Made by a program: the position numbers and the translations under genes. The notes under the pieces were generated by a model. The model was given only the letters and a program-made list of their open reading frames with translations, searched no databases and was not told the DNA's origin. From a virus, in the IMG/VR virus record IMGVR_UViG_3300031539_000144, positions 1 to 35,788 of that record: a stretch of DNA of 35,788 bases, one strand, 5' to 3'. Below, in pieces: positions 15,415 through 21,717 of this stretch; position 1 is the first letter of the stretch; each line of letters starts with the position of its first letter.

Positions 15415-15930
15415 CTAGTTGCTTACAAGCGTGTGCCATGCCGGGAACCCCATCAACAATGAGCTGAACTCCGGATTGCTTTTCCCAGTCCTGCCAACTG
15501 CCATTACCGACCAATGGGCCAGCATTAATTGATGCCCACCTTTTTTCCGCTTCTCCACCATTTGAGGAGATATTTCGTAGTGCCACTTTAGGTCCATTGC
15601 CATTGGGGTAGGCAATAATCCACACCCTATCTCTGTGATGGGGGGCGCCAATGTAGCTAGCTGATATACAGTGCCATTCTGCATCGTACCCGATCTGGGC
15701 CAAGTCATAGAGAAATCTTGCGAACCATCTCCCTTTGTCTCCACTAAGCAAGCCTGTGACGTTCTCAAAAATTGCGTATCTTGGCAGACACTCGCTAATA
15801 ACCCTAAGCATCTCGGTGTATAAATTTGTTCTTTCGCCATCAACTCCGACTTTAGTTCCTGCCTGGCTAACGTCTTGACAGGGGAAACCTCCGCAAATAA
15901 CGTCAACTGTTCCTCTGTATTGCTTTCCAT
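15415..15930 (-). CDS. 171-codon ORF in the +1 frame of the methyltransferase gene (candidate overprinted gene)
   Basis: ATG 15930 has GAGGA (15941..15937) 6 nt upstream, and the frame is open for 516 nt on the same strand. The product carries the ordered motifs LFAEVSPVKT, LRTSQACL, FSMTWPRSGTMQNG, GLLPTPMAMD and NPEFSSLLMGFPAWHT, which do not look like frameshift noise. Confidence 0.45.
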   Translation of the reverse strand: MESNTEEQLTLFAEVSPVKTLARQELKSELMAKEQIYTPRCLGLLASVCQDTQFLRTSQACLVETKGDGSQDFSMTWPRSGTMQNGTVYQLATLAPPITEIGCGLLPTPMAMDLKWHYEISPQMVEKRKKGGHQLMLAHWSVMAVGRTGKSNPEFSSLLMGFPAWHTLVSN

Positions 15931-16058
15931 CCAGCGTCCTCACATCTTCGTGAATTGGCACGTCAGGCCAGTGTTTTTTTAATACTTTCTGTGCGTGTTT
16001 ATCGAATTCACAAAAAGCTACCGTCTCCATTCCTGCGCGCTCAAGACCTAAACTAAAG

Positions 16059-16095
16059 CCGCCAACTAAATGCCAGAGAACAAATCCAGCACTTT
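16059..16095 (-). repeat. Motif-I coding segment, downstream copy (contains the 5-nt insertion)
   Basis: AAAGTGCTGGATTTGTTCTCTGGCATT-TAGTT-GGCGG matches 16691-16722 at 30 of 32 positions once TAGTT is excluded. Confidence 0.9.
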
Positions 16096-16130
16096 CATGC
16101 GGTTGCTCTCTGACTTTATTTTTCCTCCCG

Positions 16131-16634
16131 TCATAGCTTTTCTCTCATGTGCTTTATGTTTAATATTTTTTTGTCATAAATCCAATGGCAGCTTCGACAC
16201 ATGGCTGCATAGTCATCCAAGTCTTGATAGTTCCCTGTAAGGTTTGCATAGTCGTAATGTTTTGATTCTTCAGTGCCGCATTGTGTGCATTTGGTCGGCT
16301 TTCCATATTTAGCATATAAACGCCTATGAAAAGCTGCGTATCCAGCCTCGCCTCCTTTCCAAGAGCTATTATTTTCCCCAAATTGATCCCGCTTTGCTGC
16401 CACTCTTGCAGGTATTCCGTGTCGCTTCATGGCTTTAAAAATAGACTTTTGAGATACCCCAAGTTTTTCTCCAATTTCAACTTGGCTCATTCCCCCGATA
16501 TACATCTCATTAATCTTATCTATATCTATCGGCGGAGCCTGATAATCTCCCTTGCATTTTAATGAGCAGAATCTCGGATTTTTGCTATAAGACTTAAAAT
16601 CCACGCCGCACTGAGTGCACTTGTATATTGTCAT
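16131..16634 (-). CDS. HNH-family homing endonuclease (Zn ribbon + HTH + HNH-like C-terminus)
   Basis: 167 aa. It has an N-terminal CTQCG...CSLKC, a central HTH (MSQVEIGEKLGVSQKSIFKAMKRHGI) and a C-terminal WKGG...GYAAFHRRL...CTQCG...NL...CRSCH, the layout of phage HNH homing nucleases. AGGA lies 8 nt upstream of the ATG. Confidence 0.65.
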   Translation of the reverse strand: MTIYKCTQCGVDFKSYSKNPRFCSLKCKGDYQAPPIDIDKINEMYIGGMSQVEIGEKLGVSQKSIFKAMKRHGIPARVAAKRDQFGENNSSWKGGEAGYAAFHRRLYAKYGKPTKCTQCGTEESKHYDYANLTGNYQDLDDYAAMCRSCHWIYDKKILNIKHMREKL

Positions 16635-16734
16635 GCATTGATCCTAGCAATAAAAACAATAATATACATCTATTTAGTGGCATTGTAAGCCCGCCAATAC
16701 CAGAGAACAAATCCAACACTTTTAAAGCGCTCAT
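16594..16734 (-). CDS. 46-codon ORF: methyltransferase motif I (MSALKVLDLFSGIGG) fused to out-of-frame cassette sequence
   Basis: ATG 16734 overlaps the stop of the 103-aa gene (ATGA), the position expected for the original methyltransferase start. After GIGG the frame runs through the cassette promoter and the 5' end of the HNH ORF to a TAA at 16594. Confidence 0.4.
   Translation of the reverse strand: MSALKVLDLFSGIGGLTMPLNRCILLFLLLGSMHDNIQVHSVRRGF
16661..16688 (-). promoter_or_regulatory. Candidate promoter of the HNH endonuclease gene
   Basis: The minus strand reads TTACAA (16688..16683), a 16-nt spacer, then TATATT (16666..16661), immediately after the upstream motif-I copy. Confidence 0.45.
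16691..16722 (-). repeat. Motif-I coding segment, upstream copy
   Basis: AAAGTGTTGGATTTGTTCTCTGGTATTGGCGG. See 16059-16095. Confidence 0.9.
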
Positions 16735-17042
16735 AACTCCGCCGCTATATTTGCTTTAATCCATTGAAACACTTCTTTGCGGGTGCCCAATCCTGAATAC
16801 GCCCCGTCGTATTTGATGTAGTAATATTTATCAGCTCGCACTTGGTCGACTTTCATAACTACAAAACCCGCCGGCGCTTTCTGCGATCCAAACTTGGCAA
16901 TAGTGTCAGGATTTCTGACGAGAAGCTTATCAAGCAATACCTGTTTTTCGTCTACTGCGCCCCAGGTAACCAACTTCAACTTAGGCTTTTTCATTTGCTC
17001 GCGCTCAAGCTCGCGATGGATGTCGCTGAATTCGTCTCTCAT
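16731..17042 (-). CDS. Hypothetical protein
   Basis: 103-aa track ORF coupled to both neighbours. Confidence 0.65.
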   Translation of the reverse strand: MRDEFSDIHRELEREQMKKPKLKLVTWGAVDEKQVLLDKLLVRNPDTIAKFGSQKAPAGFVVMKVDQVRADKYYYIKYDGAYSGLGTRKEVFQWIKANIAAEL

Positions 17043-17254
17043 GTGTTATCCACCAGCGGCTCATCGACACGCAGCGCAATATCTATGCCATTAAATATAT
17101 GCCAGACCTGATAATCTACTTGTGACAAATTGTTTCTTAGTTGTAGCTCAATATCACGAATCGATTTCAGCAAGCTTTCAGTTTCGCTTGCATCAAGATC
17201 ATATGAAAATAACTGAGCCTTTTTCTTTCTGTGTAAATTCTTTAGATCATCCAC
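17039..17254 (-). CDS. Hypothetical protein
   Basis: 71-aa track ORF with a GTG start. Confidence 0.55.
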   Translation of the reverse strand: MDDLKNLHRKKKAQLFSYDLDASETESLLKSIRDIELQLRNNLSQVDYQVWHIFNGIDIALRVDEPLVDNT

Positions 17255-17316
17255 CTGTCACCACCATTTCTGCTAAAATTATTAGAATGCACGGAATTAT
17301 TCCGAGCATGTAAAAT

Positions 17317-17505
17317 TTAATTATATTCATTTATGTATTTTTTCAATTCTGGGCACCAGTTGCATTTTTCGCATCGATGCATTTCGTTTTTACATTTGCA
17401 CAATCTCATTCGATTGCATTTTTTACACTCAGTATAGTCGCCAATAAATGACCAGCTATCCGTATGCAATCTAGAATTTTCTTGATCGTCCGCAAGATTA
17501 ATCAT
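17317..17505 (-). CDS. Hypothetical Cys-rich (zinc-finger-like) protein
   Basis: 62 aa with CKKC...CKCK...CEKCNWC. Confidence 0.6.
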   Translation of the reverse strand: MINLADDQENSRLHTDSWSFIGDYTECKKCNRMRLCKCKNEMHRCEKCNWCPELKKYINEYN

Positions 17506-17768
17506 AATTCCTCGATGTACTCATCAACAACTATCCGCGCACCCATTTCGTCAAGTATGCGCTGCGTTGGTCGTGCTTTATTTCGTGCTACTGCGTAAAC
17601 AGTTGATTCCAGCTCGCCTATTTTCTCAGCATAGATAGCGTATTTAATATGCTCTCGAGTACCTGCCACACGCCCTATATGAGCGTTAAACGACACTCCG
17701 AAATTAGCTATCGGCATTCGCTTGTTTTCGTAAGTGCTTAATATGCGCTGTAATATGTTCATACGCAC
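17502..17768 (-). CDS. Hypothetical protein, possibly DNA-binding
   Basis: 88 aa. The segment AEKIGELESTVYAVARNK looks HTH-like, but this is weak. Confidence 0.55.
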   Translation of the reverse strand: MRMNILQRILSTYENKRMPIANFGVSFNAHIGRVAGTREHIKYAIYAEKIGELESTVYAVARNKARPTQRILDEMGARIVVDEYIEEL

Positions 17769-17853
17769 ATTTTATGCCATTTGCTATGAAAAATACATGC
17801 CGCTCATCGACACGACTAAAATTAATGCAATTAAGAATAGCCCTTCTTTCGTG

Positions 17854-18045
17854 CTAAGTGTTACTTCGTAATGCTCGCTGCTCTTTGTCTCGCTGCTTTG
17901 TCGCGTTTCGTAGTTCACGTTTTATTTCTCCACATTTGATATTAAAAATATACTTTTCAGCTTCGGTGTATAGCTTGCTTCGTAGTTTTGACTGCTCGAG
18001 CGCCAGCAAAGATCGTAGGTTTTCAATGCTCACAATCACCACCAA
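17854..18045 (-). CDS. Hypothetical protein
   Basis: 63-aa track ORF, basic and helical. Confidence 0.5.
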   Translation of the reverse strand: MVVIVSIENLRSLLALEQSKLRSKLYTEAEKYIFNIKCGEIKRELRNATKQRDKEQRALRSNT

Positions 18046-18253
18046 CCATCAAATTTTTCTGCTTTATCAGAGCATCAAGATATTCAAACTCATCAAACTT
18101 ATCTGATATTTTACTTGGCACTTCAACAAATACTCCCTTTCTGTATGAGTGAAACTTAATATCGTTAAACTCGTGATCATCATAATCCGCACTAACAACG
18201 ATTGCGCTTGATCTGTACTTTATCTCTGTAATAACTTCAAAGCTCATAATCAT
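18023..18253 (-). CDS. Hypothetical protein
   Basis: 76-aa track ORF. Confidence 0.55.
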   Translation of the reverse strand: MIMSFEVITEIKYRSSAIVVSADYDDHEFNDIKFHSYRKGVFVEVPSKISDKFDEFEYLDALIKQKNLMVGGDCEH

Positions 18254-18477
18254 ATCCCCAAGTACTTGTTAACTGATTGAATGAAGTCGGCCGGCGTTAA
18301 AGTGCTAACAAACTCGCCGCCCTCGTTGTCGCGCAGATACTCAAGCGTTTCAACGATGTTCAGTGTGTCGATCTGGCTCATCTTGAATGCTAGCTCTGTG
18401 CGTGTGCTGTACTTGCCCACATAATAAAGCGTGTGGTCCGCTGCGTTGCTGTCTGCAATTGTTATTAGTTGGCTCAC
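18250..18477 (-). CDS. Hypothetical protein
   Basis: 75-aa track ORF with 4-nt overlaps on both neighbours. Confidence 0.6.
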   Translation of the reverse strand: MSQLITIADSNAADHTLYYVGKYSTRTELAFKMSQIDTLNIVETLEYLRDNEGGEFVSTLTPADFIQSVNKYLGI

Positions 18478-18680
18478 GCTACGCCCTCCTCATCGAAATA
18501 ATCGATCGTTATATCAAGTGCTGCGCATATCTCAGCAAGCTGTCTGTCACTCGGAATACGTCTGTTAGATTCAATTTCCATCAGCTGACCAAGCGACACA
18601 CTCGGCAATTTGCTACTAAGCTTGACTTGATTGAGGTGCTTTTCTTTGCGATAAAACGCGATTAATTCTGATGTGTTCAT
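18474..18680 (-). CDS. XRE-family helix-turn-helix regulator
   Basis: 68 aa. LIAFYRKEKHLNQVKLSSKLPSVSLGQLMEIESNRRIP fits the HTH_3 layout. Confidence 0.7.
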   Translation of the reverse strand: MNTSELIAFYRKEKHLNQVKLSSKLPSVSLGQLMEIESNRRIPSDRQLAEICAALDITIDYFDEEGVA

Positions 18681-19237
18681 AGTGATTCCTCAATTTTTAG
18701 CAGCTCGAAAGGGATTGTTTCTCGGCAAATATTTGCGCACTTGATTTGCGTCTCTTTTCTAGCAGCAGCATAAGCAGCATTTGATGCAGAAGAATAAGCA
18801 GCAGCAGAGTCAGCATAAGCAGCAGAAGCATAAGCATAAGCAGCAGCAGCATAAGCAGCAGCATAAGCATAAGCATCAGCAGAGGCAGCATAAGCAGAGG
18901 CAGCATAAGCAGTAGAAGCATCAGCAGAAGAGGCAGGATAAGCAGCAGCAGAGGCAGCATCTAACTCCTCTCTTGTTATTTCGCCACTAGAGAATCTTTC
19001 AGCAGCGACAAGAGCCGCTATGCTTCTGTCGTCCTTCATCAAATGCTCAACAAGTCTAGCGCATCGAACTTTAGCAAGGGTTAAGACCTTTACGTCAACA
19101 CCCTGTCTTTTTGCGATCCACAGCATCCAATCTCCACGCTCACAATTATTCCATGCGTCTAATGCTGATTGATTTCCGATGTATTCGATACAATCATCGC
19201 ACGCGCCTAATTTTTTCAAAAATTGTTGTAGCTTCAT
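18677..19237 (-). CDS. Hypothetical protein with a Cys/Trp-containing N-domain and a ~65-residue Ala/Tyr/Ser low-complexity tract
   Basis: 186 aa. Residues ~93-159 read AASAAAYPASSADASTAYAASAYAASADAYAYAAAYAAAAYAYASAAYADSAAAYSSASNAAYAAA. Confidence 0.7.
   Translation of the reverse strand: MKLQQFLKKLGACDDCIEYIGNQSALDAWNNCERGDWMLWIAKRQGVDVKVLTLAKVRCARLVEHLMKDDRSIAALVAAERFSSGEITREELDAASAAAYPASSADASTAYAASAYAASADAYAYAAAYAAAAYAYASAAYADSAAAYSSASNAAYAAARKETQIKCANICRETIPFELLKIEESL
18761..18961 (-). repeat. Imperfect GCA/GCATAA-type microsatellite-like tract (coding)
   Basis: The plus strand is a run of gcagca, gcataa and gcagaa units, for example gcataagcataagcagcagcagcataagcagcagcataagcataagc. It encodes the Ala/Tyr/Ser tract. 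Confidence 0.85.
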
Positions 19238-19449
19238 AGTGATTCCGCTTTGTCTGTTAGTCGTAGTGATCGAGCAGCGCCAGCTTTTTTAGTGATGTAT
19301 CCGTCGCGCTCTAGTCGTTTAATTTGTTCTGCAACAGCGTTAGGGTATACGCCCAACTCGCTTGCTATGTCACCCATCGATGGGCTGTATCCGTTTTCGG
19401 CTATGTACTTTTTTATAACCGCTAATGTCTTCAATTGCTGCTCTGTCAT
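19234..19449 (-). CDS. Winged-helix DNA-binding protein resembling the LexA N-terminal domain (no peptidase domain)
   Basis: 71 aa. LKTLAVIKKYIAENGYSPSMGDIASELGVYPNAVAEQIKRLERDGYITK follows the LexA/MarR-type wHTH pattern. It is the first gene after a promoter. Confidence 0.65.
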   Translation of the reverse strand: MTEQQLKTLAVIKKYIAENGYSPSMGDIASELGVYPNAVAEQIKRLERDGYITKKAGAARSLRLTDKAESL

Positions 19450-19478
19450 TTCGTTGCCTTGTTTGTGTGTACAGTGTC

Positions 19479-19506
19479 AGTATATACAATACGCTCATTC
19501 ATGCAA
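19479..19506 (-). promoter_or_regulatory. Sigma70-type promoter of the early regulatory gene run
   Basis: The minus strand reads TTGCAT (19506..19501), a 16-nt spacer, then TATACT (19484..19479). Confidence 0.55.
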
Positions 19507-19552
19507 GCTGTTTATCTATACAAGTTAGCTATAGATTCACCGATTTTTATGC

Positions 19553-19576
19553 AAAAAAAAGACCCCGCTAGGAGTC
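19553..19576 (-). terminator. Rho-independent terminator ending the lysis unit
   Basis: The minus strand reads GACTCC-TAGC-GGGGTC (19576..19561) followed by T8. Confidence 0.75.
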
Positions 19577-19604
19577 TAAAATGGTGCGTATTTCGTAAAG
19601 CTCT

Positions 19605-20027
19605 TTAAGCCACAGCCTGCGTAGGTTCTTTTGCTTGCTCTTCTTCCGTATCCTCTCCTTCCTCGACGAGTAAGCCATAACCCGCCACCTCTCTGTATTC
19701 CATAATATCGCTGTCTGTAATACTGCCGTTGATATGTTTAGCGTGCAGCGTGTTAAATGACTCCTTGATTTTGCGAAAGGCCTCTTTATGCTCCAAGTCA
19801 TAAGCAGTAATCAAGGCGATCTTTTCTTTTTGATCTTCTAGCTGAGATTCAACCTCAAGAATTTCATTATCAATGTCGTCAACGTTCTTTGTCTCCAAAG
19901 CAACATCCTTCTGATGCTGCTCAAGCCGTGATACCGCAATCTTCCTGCGGTCTTCTTTGTGATTCAAGCTTGCTTGAAGAGTGTTGATTGACTGATGAAT
20001 CTTTTCTAGCATTGTTTCTACTGACAT
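19605..20027 (-). CDS. Hypothetical coiled-coil protein with an acidic C-terminus
   Basis: 140-aa track ORF with no TM segment, so it is not a classical i-spanin. Confidence 0.65.
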   Translation of the reverse strand: MSVETMLEKIHQSINTLQASLNHKEDRRKIAVSRLEQHQKDVALETKNVDDIDNEILEVESQLEDQKEKIALITAYDLEHKEAFRKIKESFNTLHAKHINGSITDSDIMEYREVAGYGLLVEEGEDTEEEQAKEPTQAVA

Positions 20028-20039
20028 AATAATTTCTCT

Positions 20040-20183
20040 CTAATTTAGTTGTGCGAATTTTGTGTCCGCTGAAAAAGTTGGGTATTGAATTGGTTTTGAA
20101 TCAGGCTTGGTGCGCGTAGAGTGATCAACTGTGCAACAGCCCATTATGAAAATTACGTAAAATATTGGGGCGAGGTTTTTCAT
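20040..20183 (-). CDS. Lipoprotein (47 aa), an o-spanin candidate; absent from the ORF track
   Basis: ATG 20183 overlaps the holin stop (ATGA). Hand translation gives MKNLAPIFYVIFIMGCCTVDH..., a signal peptide plus the lipobox I-M-G-C. It sits right after the endolysin and holin genes. Confidence 0.6.
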   Translation of the reverse strand: MKNLAPIFYVIFIMGCCTVDHSTRTKPDSKPIQYPTFSADTKFAQLN

Positions 20184-20590
20184 TTCTTATTCACCCGTGC
20201 AGACCAGGCTTTGACGATGCCTTCGCCAGCACCGCCAAGGAAGTAAAACGCTAGAATCCATGCCACAGGATCACCGAGCGTTAAATTGTTCATGCTGGCC
20301 ACCTCTTTAAGCTGAGCAACGCGAAAATCAAACAATTCACCGTTTGAAGGAAACCAAATCATAGCCAACCATGTGCCAGCAATAAGAACATGGATAAAAA
20401 CGAATGGCGGAACAACAATCGCCACAGCTAAGCGCTGAACCTTTTTGAATGGTTCATACAGCTTCAGAAACATCATTTTAGCTTTAGATTTTTCCTCTGT
20501 CGTCTCCCACATTGCGTCGGCAGTATCCATTAAACCGCCAACAACTTTATCGGAACCGAAAATACTTCCCCAGAATCCAGCCATTACCAT
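20180..20590 (-). CDS. Holin-like membrane protein (three predicted TM segments)
   Basis: 136 aa with a charged N-terminal part followed by the hydrophobic segments LAVAIVVPPFVFIHVLIAGTWLAMIWF and VAWILAFYFLGGAG. It overlaps the endolysin stop. Confidence 0.55.
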   Translation of the reverse strand: MVMAGFWGSIFGSDKVVGGLMDTADAMWETTEEKSKAKMMFLKLYEPFKKVQRLAVAIVVPPFVFIHVLIAGTWLAMIWFPSNGELFDFRVAQLKEVASMNNLTLGDPVAWILAFYFLGGAGEGIVKAWSARVNKK

Positions 20591-20934
20591 CTACCTCTAT
20601 TAGTGCGTGTGTCGATATGCGTGAAAGTTGCGTATGCTTTCATTCCGTAATCGTCAGGGAAGCGTGTATTTAGGTATTCGTAAACCTCTGAAGCTGGCAC
20701 ATTGCGAACTACGATGTCAGCGGCACGACCGTAAAGATGCTGACTATTAGGTTTGCCGCCTTCATTTTCATTATGCTTTGCGCACCTGCACCCTGAGTTA
20801 ATTATAATCGGCTCATTGAACCATGCGCGCAATTCCTCAAGCACGTCAAGAAGCTCGGCATCGACAGTATCGAAACCGCATCCGCACTTACACTCGAATT
20901 CTTCACGCGTAAAATGTTTTGCTGGAAATGTCAT
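20584..20934 (-). CDS. Endolysin, zinc D-Ala-D-Ala carboxypeptidase-type peptidase (M15 family)
   Basis: 116 aa. FTREEFECKCGCG...INSGCRCAKHN...SQHLYGRAADI...THIDTR shows the H..D..H zinc-ligand layout of small phage M15 peptidases. Confidence 0.8.
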   Translation of the reverse strand: MTFPAKHFTREEFECKCGCGFDTVDAELLDVLEELRAWFNEPIIINSGCRCAKHNENEGGKPNSQHLYGRAADIVVRNVPASEVYEYLNTRFPDDYGMKAYATFTHIDTRTNRGRW

Positions 20935-21149
20935 ACTTCCCCCAGGTCATATAGAACAGTAACTACTTTTCGACGAGTGACGCCATCGACATCGACATCA
21001 ATAACATAAACGTCATGCTCAGCTTTCTTTGTGTACTGTGCGCTAATAATAACGCGAGTTCTCCCCACTATCTTGCTAATGCGATCGAACACATTAGTTC
21101 GTGCAATAGGCAAGAAGCTATCAATGTATTCTTTGAATGTTTGAATCAT
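20931..21149 (-). CDS. Hypothetical protein, first gene of the leftward unit
   Basis: 72-aa track ORF that overlaps the endolysin start by 4 nt. Confidence 0.6.
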   Translation of the reverse strand: MIQTFKEYIDSFLPIARTNVFDRISKIVGRTRVIISAQYTKKAEHDVYVIDVDVDGVTRRKVVTVLYDLGEV

Positions 21150-21231
21150 GTTTAATCCCTGCTTTAATTACATTCAAATTGTACGATAAATGCTAAATGA
21201 ATACAATATAAATTATTACGTAACAAATGCT

Positions 21232-21260
21232 TGCCAAGATAGTTATATTATATTACTATT
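21232..21260 (+). promoter_or_regulatory. Sigma70-type promoter of the rightward recombination operon
   Basis: TTGCCA (21232-21237), a 17-nt spacer, then TACTAT (21255-21260). It lies in the AT-rich divergent region 21150-21296, where leftward promoter candidates also exist. Confidence 0.55.
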
Positions 21261-21296
21261 ACCACATCGAAACGATTTATCAAAAGGAAGGCAGAC

Positions 21297-21449
21297 ATGA
21301 ATTCATATACTCCAATTGAAGACGCAAACATCGCAGCATGTAATCAACAGCTTGCAGAAATGGACGAGGGCGCTAAGTGGTTGATAGCTAAAGAGATTAC
21401 CCTTTCTATTCTAGTTGTGACCGCTTTTATTATTGGTGCAGCAATATGA
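21297..21449 (+). CDS. Mini protein with a C-terminal TM anchor (50 aa), absent from the ORF track
   Basis: AAGGAAGG lies upstream of the ATG at 21297. Hand translation gives MNSYTPIEDANIAACNQQLAEMDEGAKWLIAKEITLSILVVTAFIIGAAI. Confidence 0.55.
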   Translation: MNSYTPIEDANIAACNQQLAEMDEGAKWLIAKEITLSILVVTAFIIGAAI

Positions 21450-21507
21450 TCAACGCATTAACGCAGGCCGATTTGATGAAACTATTGTCGGGTGGGAAAA
21501 GCCTAAG

Positions 21508-21717
21508 ATGGGTGAGAGCATGAAAAACTTCGGCAACGCCATTACACTAATGCGATCGGTTGCTAACCTTTGGTTTGGTGGCGATATTGAAGCGGCATTC
21601 AAAGCAATATCAAGCGTGTGCGGTTACACAGCTACGTATTTACGTGCCATTGCAAATCGTTGGTTTCATGGCTCAATACGCAAGACAATCAACGCGATTA
21701 AAAGGAGGATGAAGTGA
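21508..21717 (+). CDS. Hypothetical protein with an internal ~21-aa duplication
   Basis: The track ORF is 21433..21717 with a non-ATG start. In-frame ATGs occur at 21508 and 21520, so the start is uncertain. The repeat is LMRSVANLWFGGDIEAAFKAI versus YLRAIANRWFHGSIRKTINAI. Confidence 0.5.
   Translation: MGESMKNFGNAITLMRSVANLWFGGDIEAAFKAISSVCGYTATYLRAIANRWFHGSIRKTINAIKRRMK

Larger units (their letters stand above)
15338..16098 (-). pseudogene. dcm: Cytosine-5 DNA methyltransferase whose frame is broken after codon 10 by a 5-nt insertion; the longest intact ORF (15338..16030, 230 aa) lacks motif I
   Basis: ATG 16098 gives MKVLDLFSGI, then TAG. After the extra TAGTT (16064-16068) the shifted frame reads GGFSLGLERAGMETVAF... 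and continues through GGFPCQDVSQAG (motif IV), ENV (VI), GAPHHRDRVW (VIII) and LGNSVVPQ (X). The shifted frame has no start codon before Met 16030. Confidence 0.8.
16099..16690 (-). mobile_element. Free-standing homing-endonuclease cassette (promoter plus HNH ORF) flanked by the duplicated motif-I segment
   Basis: It is bounded by the two near-identical 32-nt segments and carries its own promoter, ribosome-binding site and a 167-aa endonuclease ORF in a different frame from the interrupted gene. Confidence 0.6.

Noticed and set aside
16160-16381. A 73-aa same-strand alternative-frame ORF inside the HNH endonuclease gene, and a similar 77-aa ORF at 19568-19801.
   Set aside because: Neither has a ribosome-binding site or a motif-like pattern in its product. 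Their lengths are within chance expectation for AT-rich frames, unlike the 171-codon ORF in the dcm gene.
16059-16734. A self-splicing group I or group II intron, or a T4 gene-60-style translational bypass that would restore the methyltransferase.
   Set aside because: Only about 55 and 70 nt flank the HNH ORF, too little for an intron core. An exon junction that restores ATT-GGC-GGC would need a 5' exon ending in A with a terminal intron G, not the usual U. No GUGYG start is present. A hop between matching GGC codons would delete the Ile-Gly of motif I, and no slippery site links the two frames.
18697-18960. An 87-aa Leu/Met-only ORF (MLPLLLLILPLLLMLLLL...).
   Set aside because: It is simply another reading frame of the GCA/GCATAA repeat tract. 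Its composition is dictated by the repeat, and the Ala/Tyr frame is the one continuous with flanking non-repetitive coding sequence.
19465-19500. A LexA/SOS box near the promoter of the LexA-like wHTH gene (the actgacactgtacaca region).
   Set aside because: There is no CTGT-N8-ACAG palindrome, only a TGTACA hexamer.
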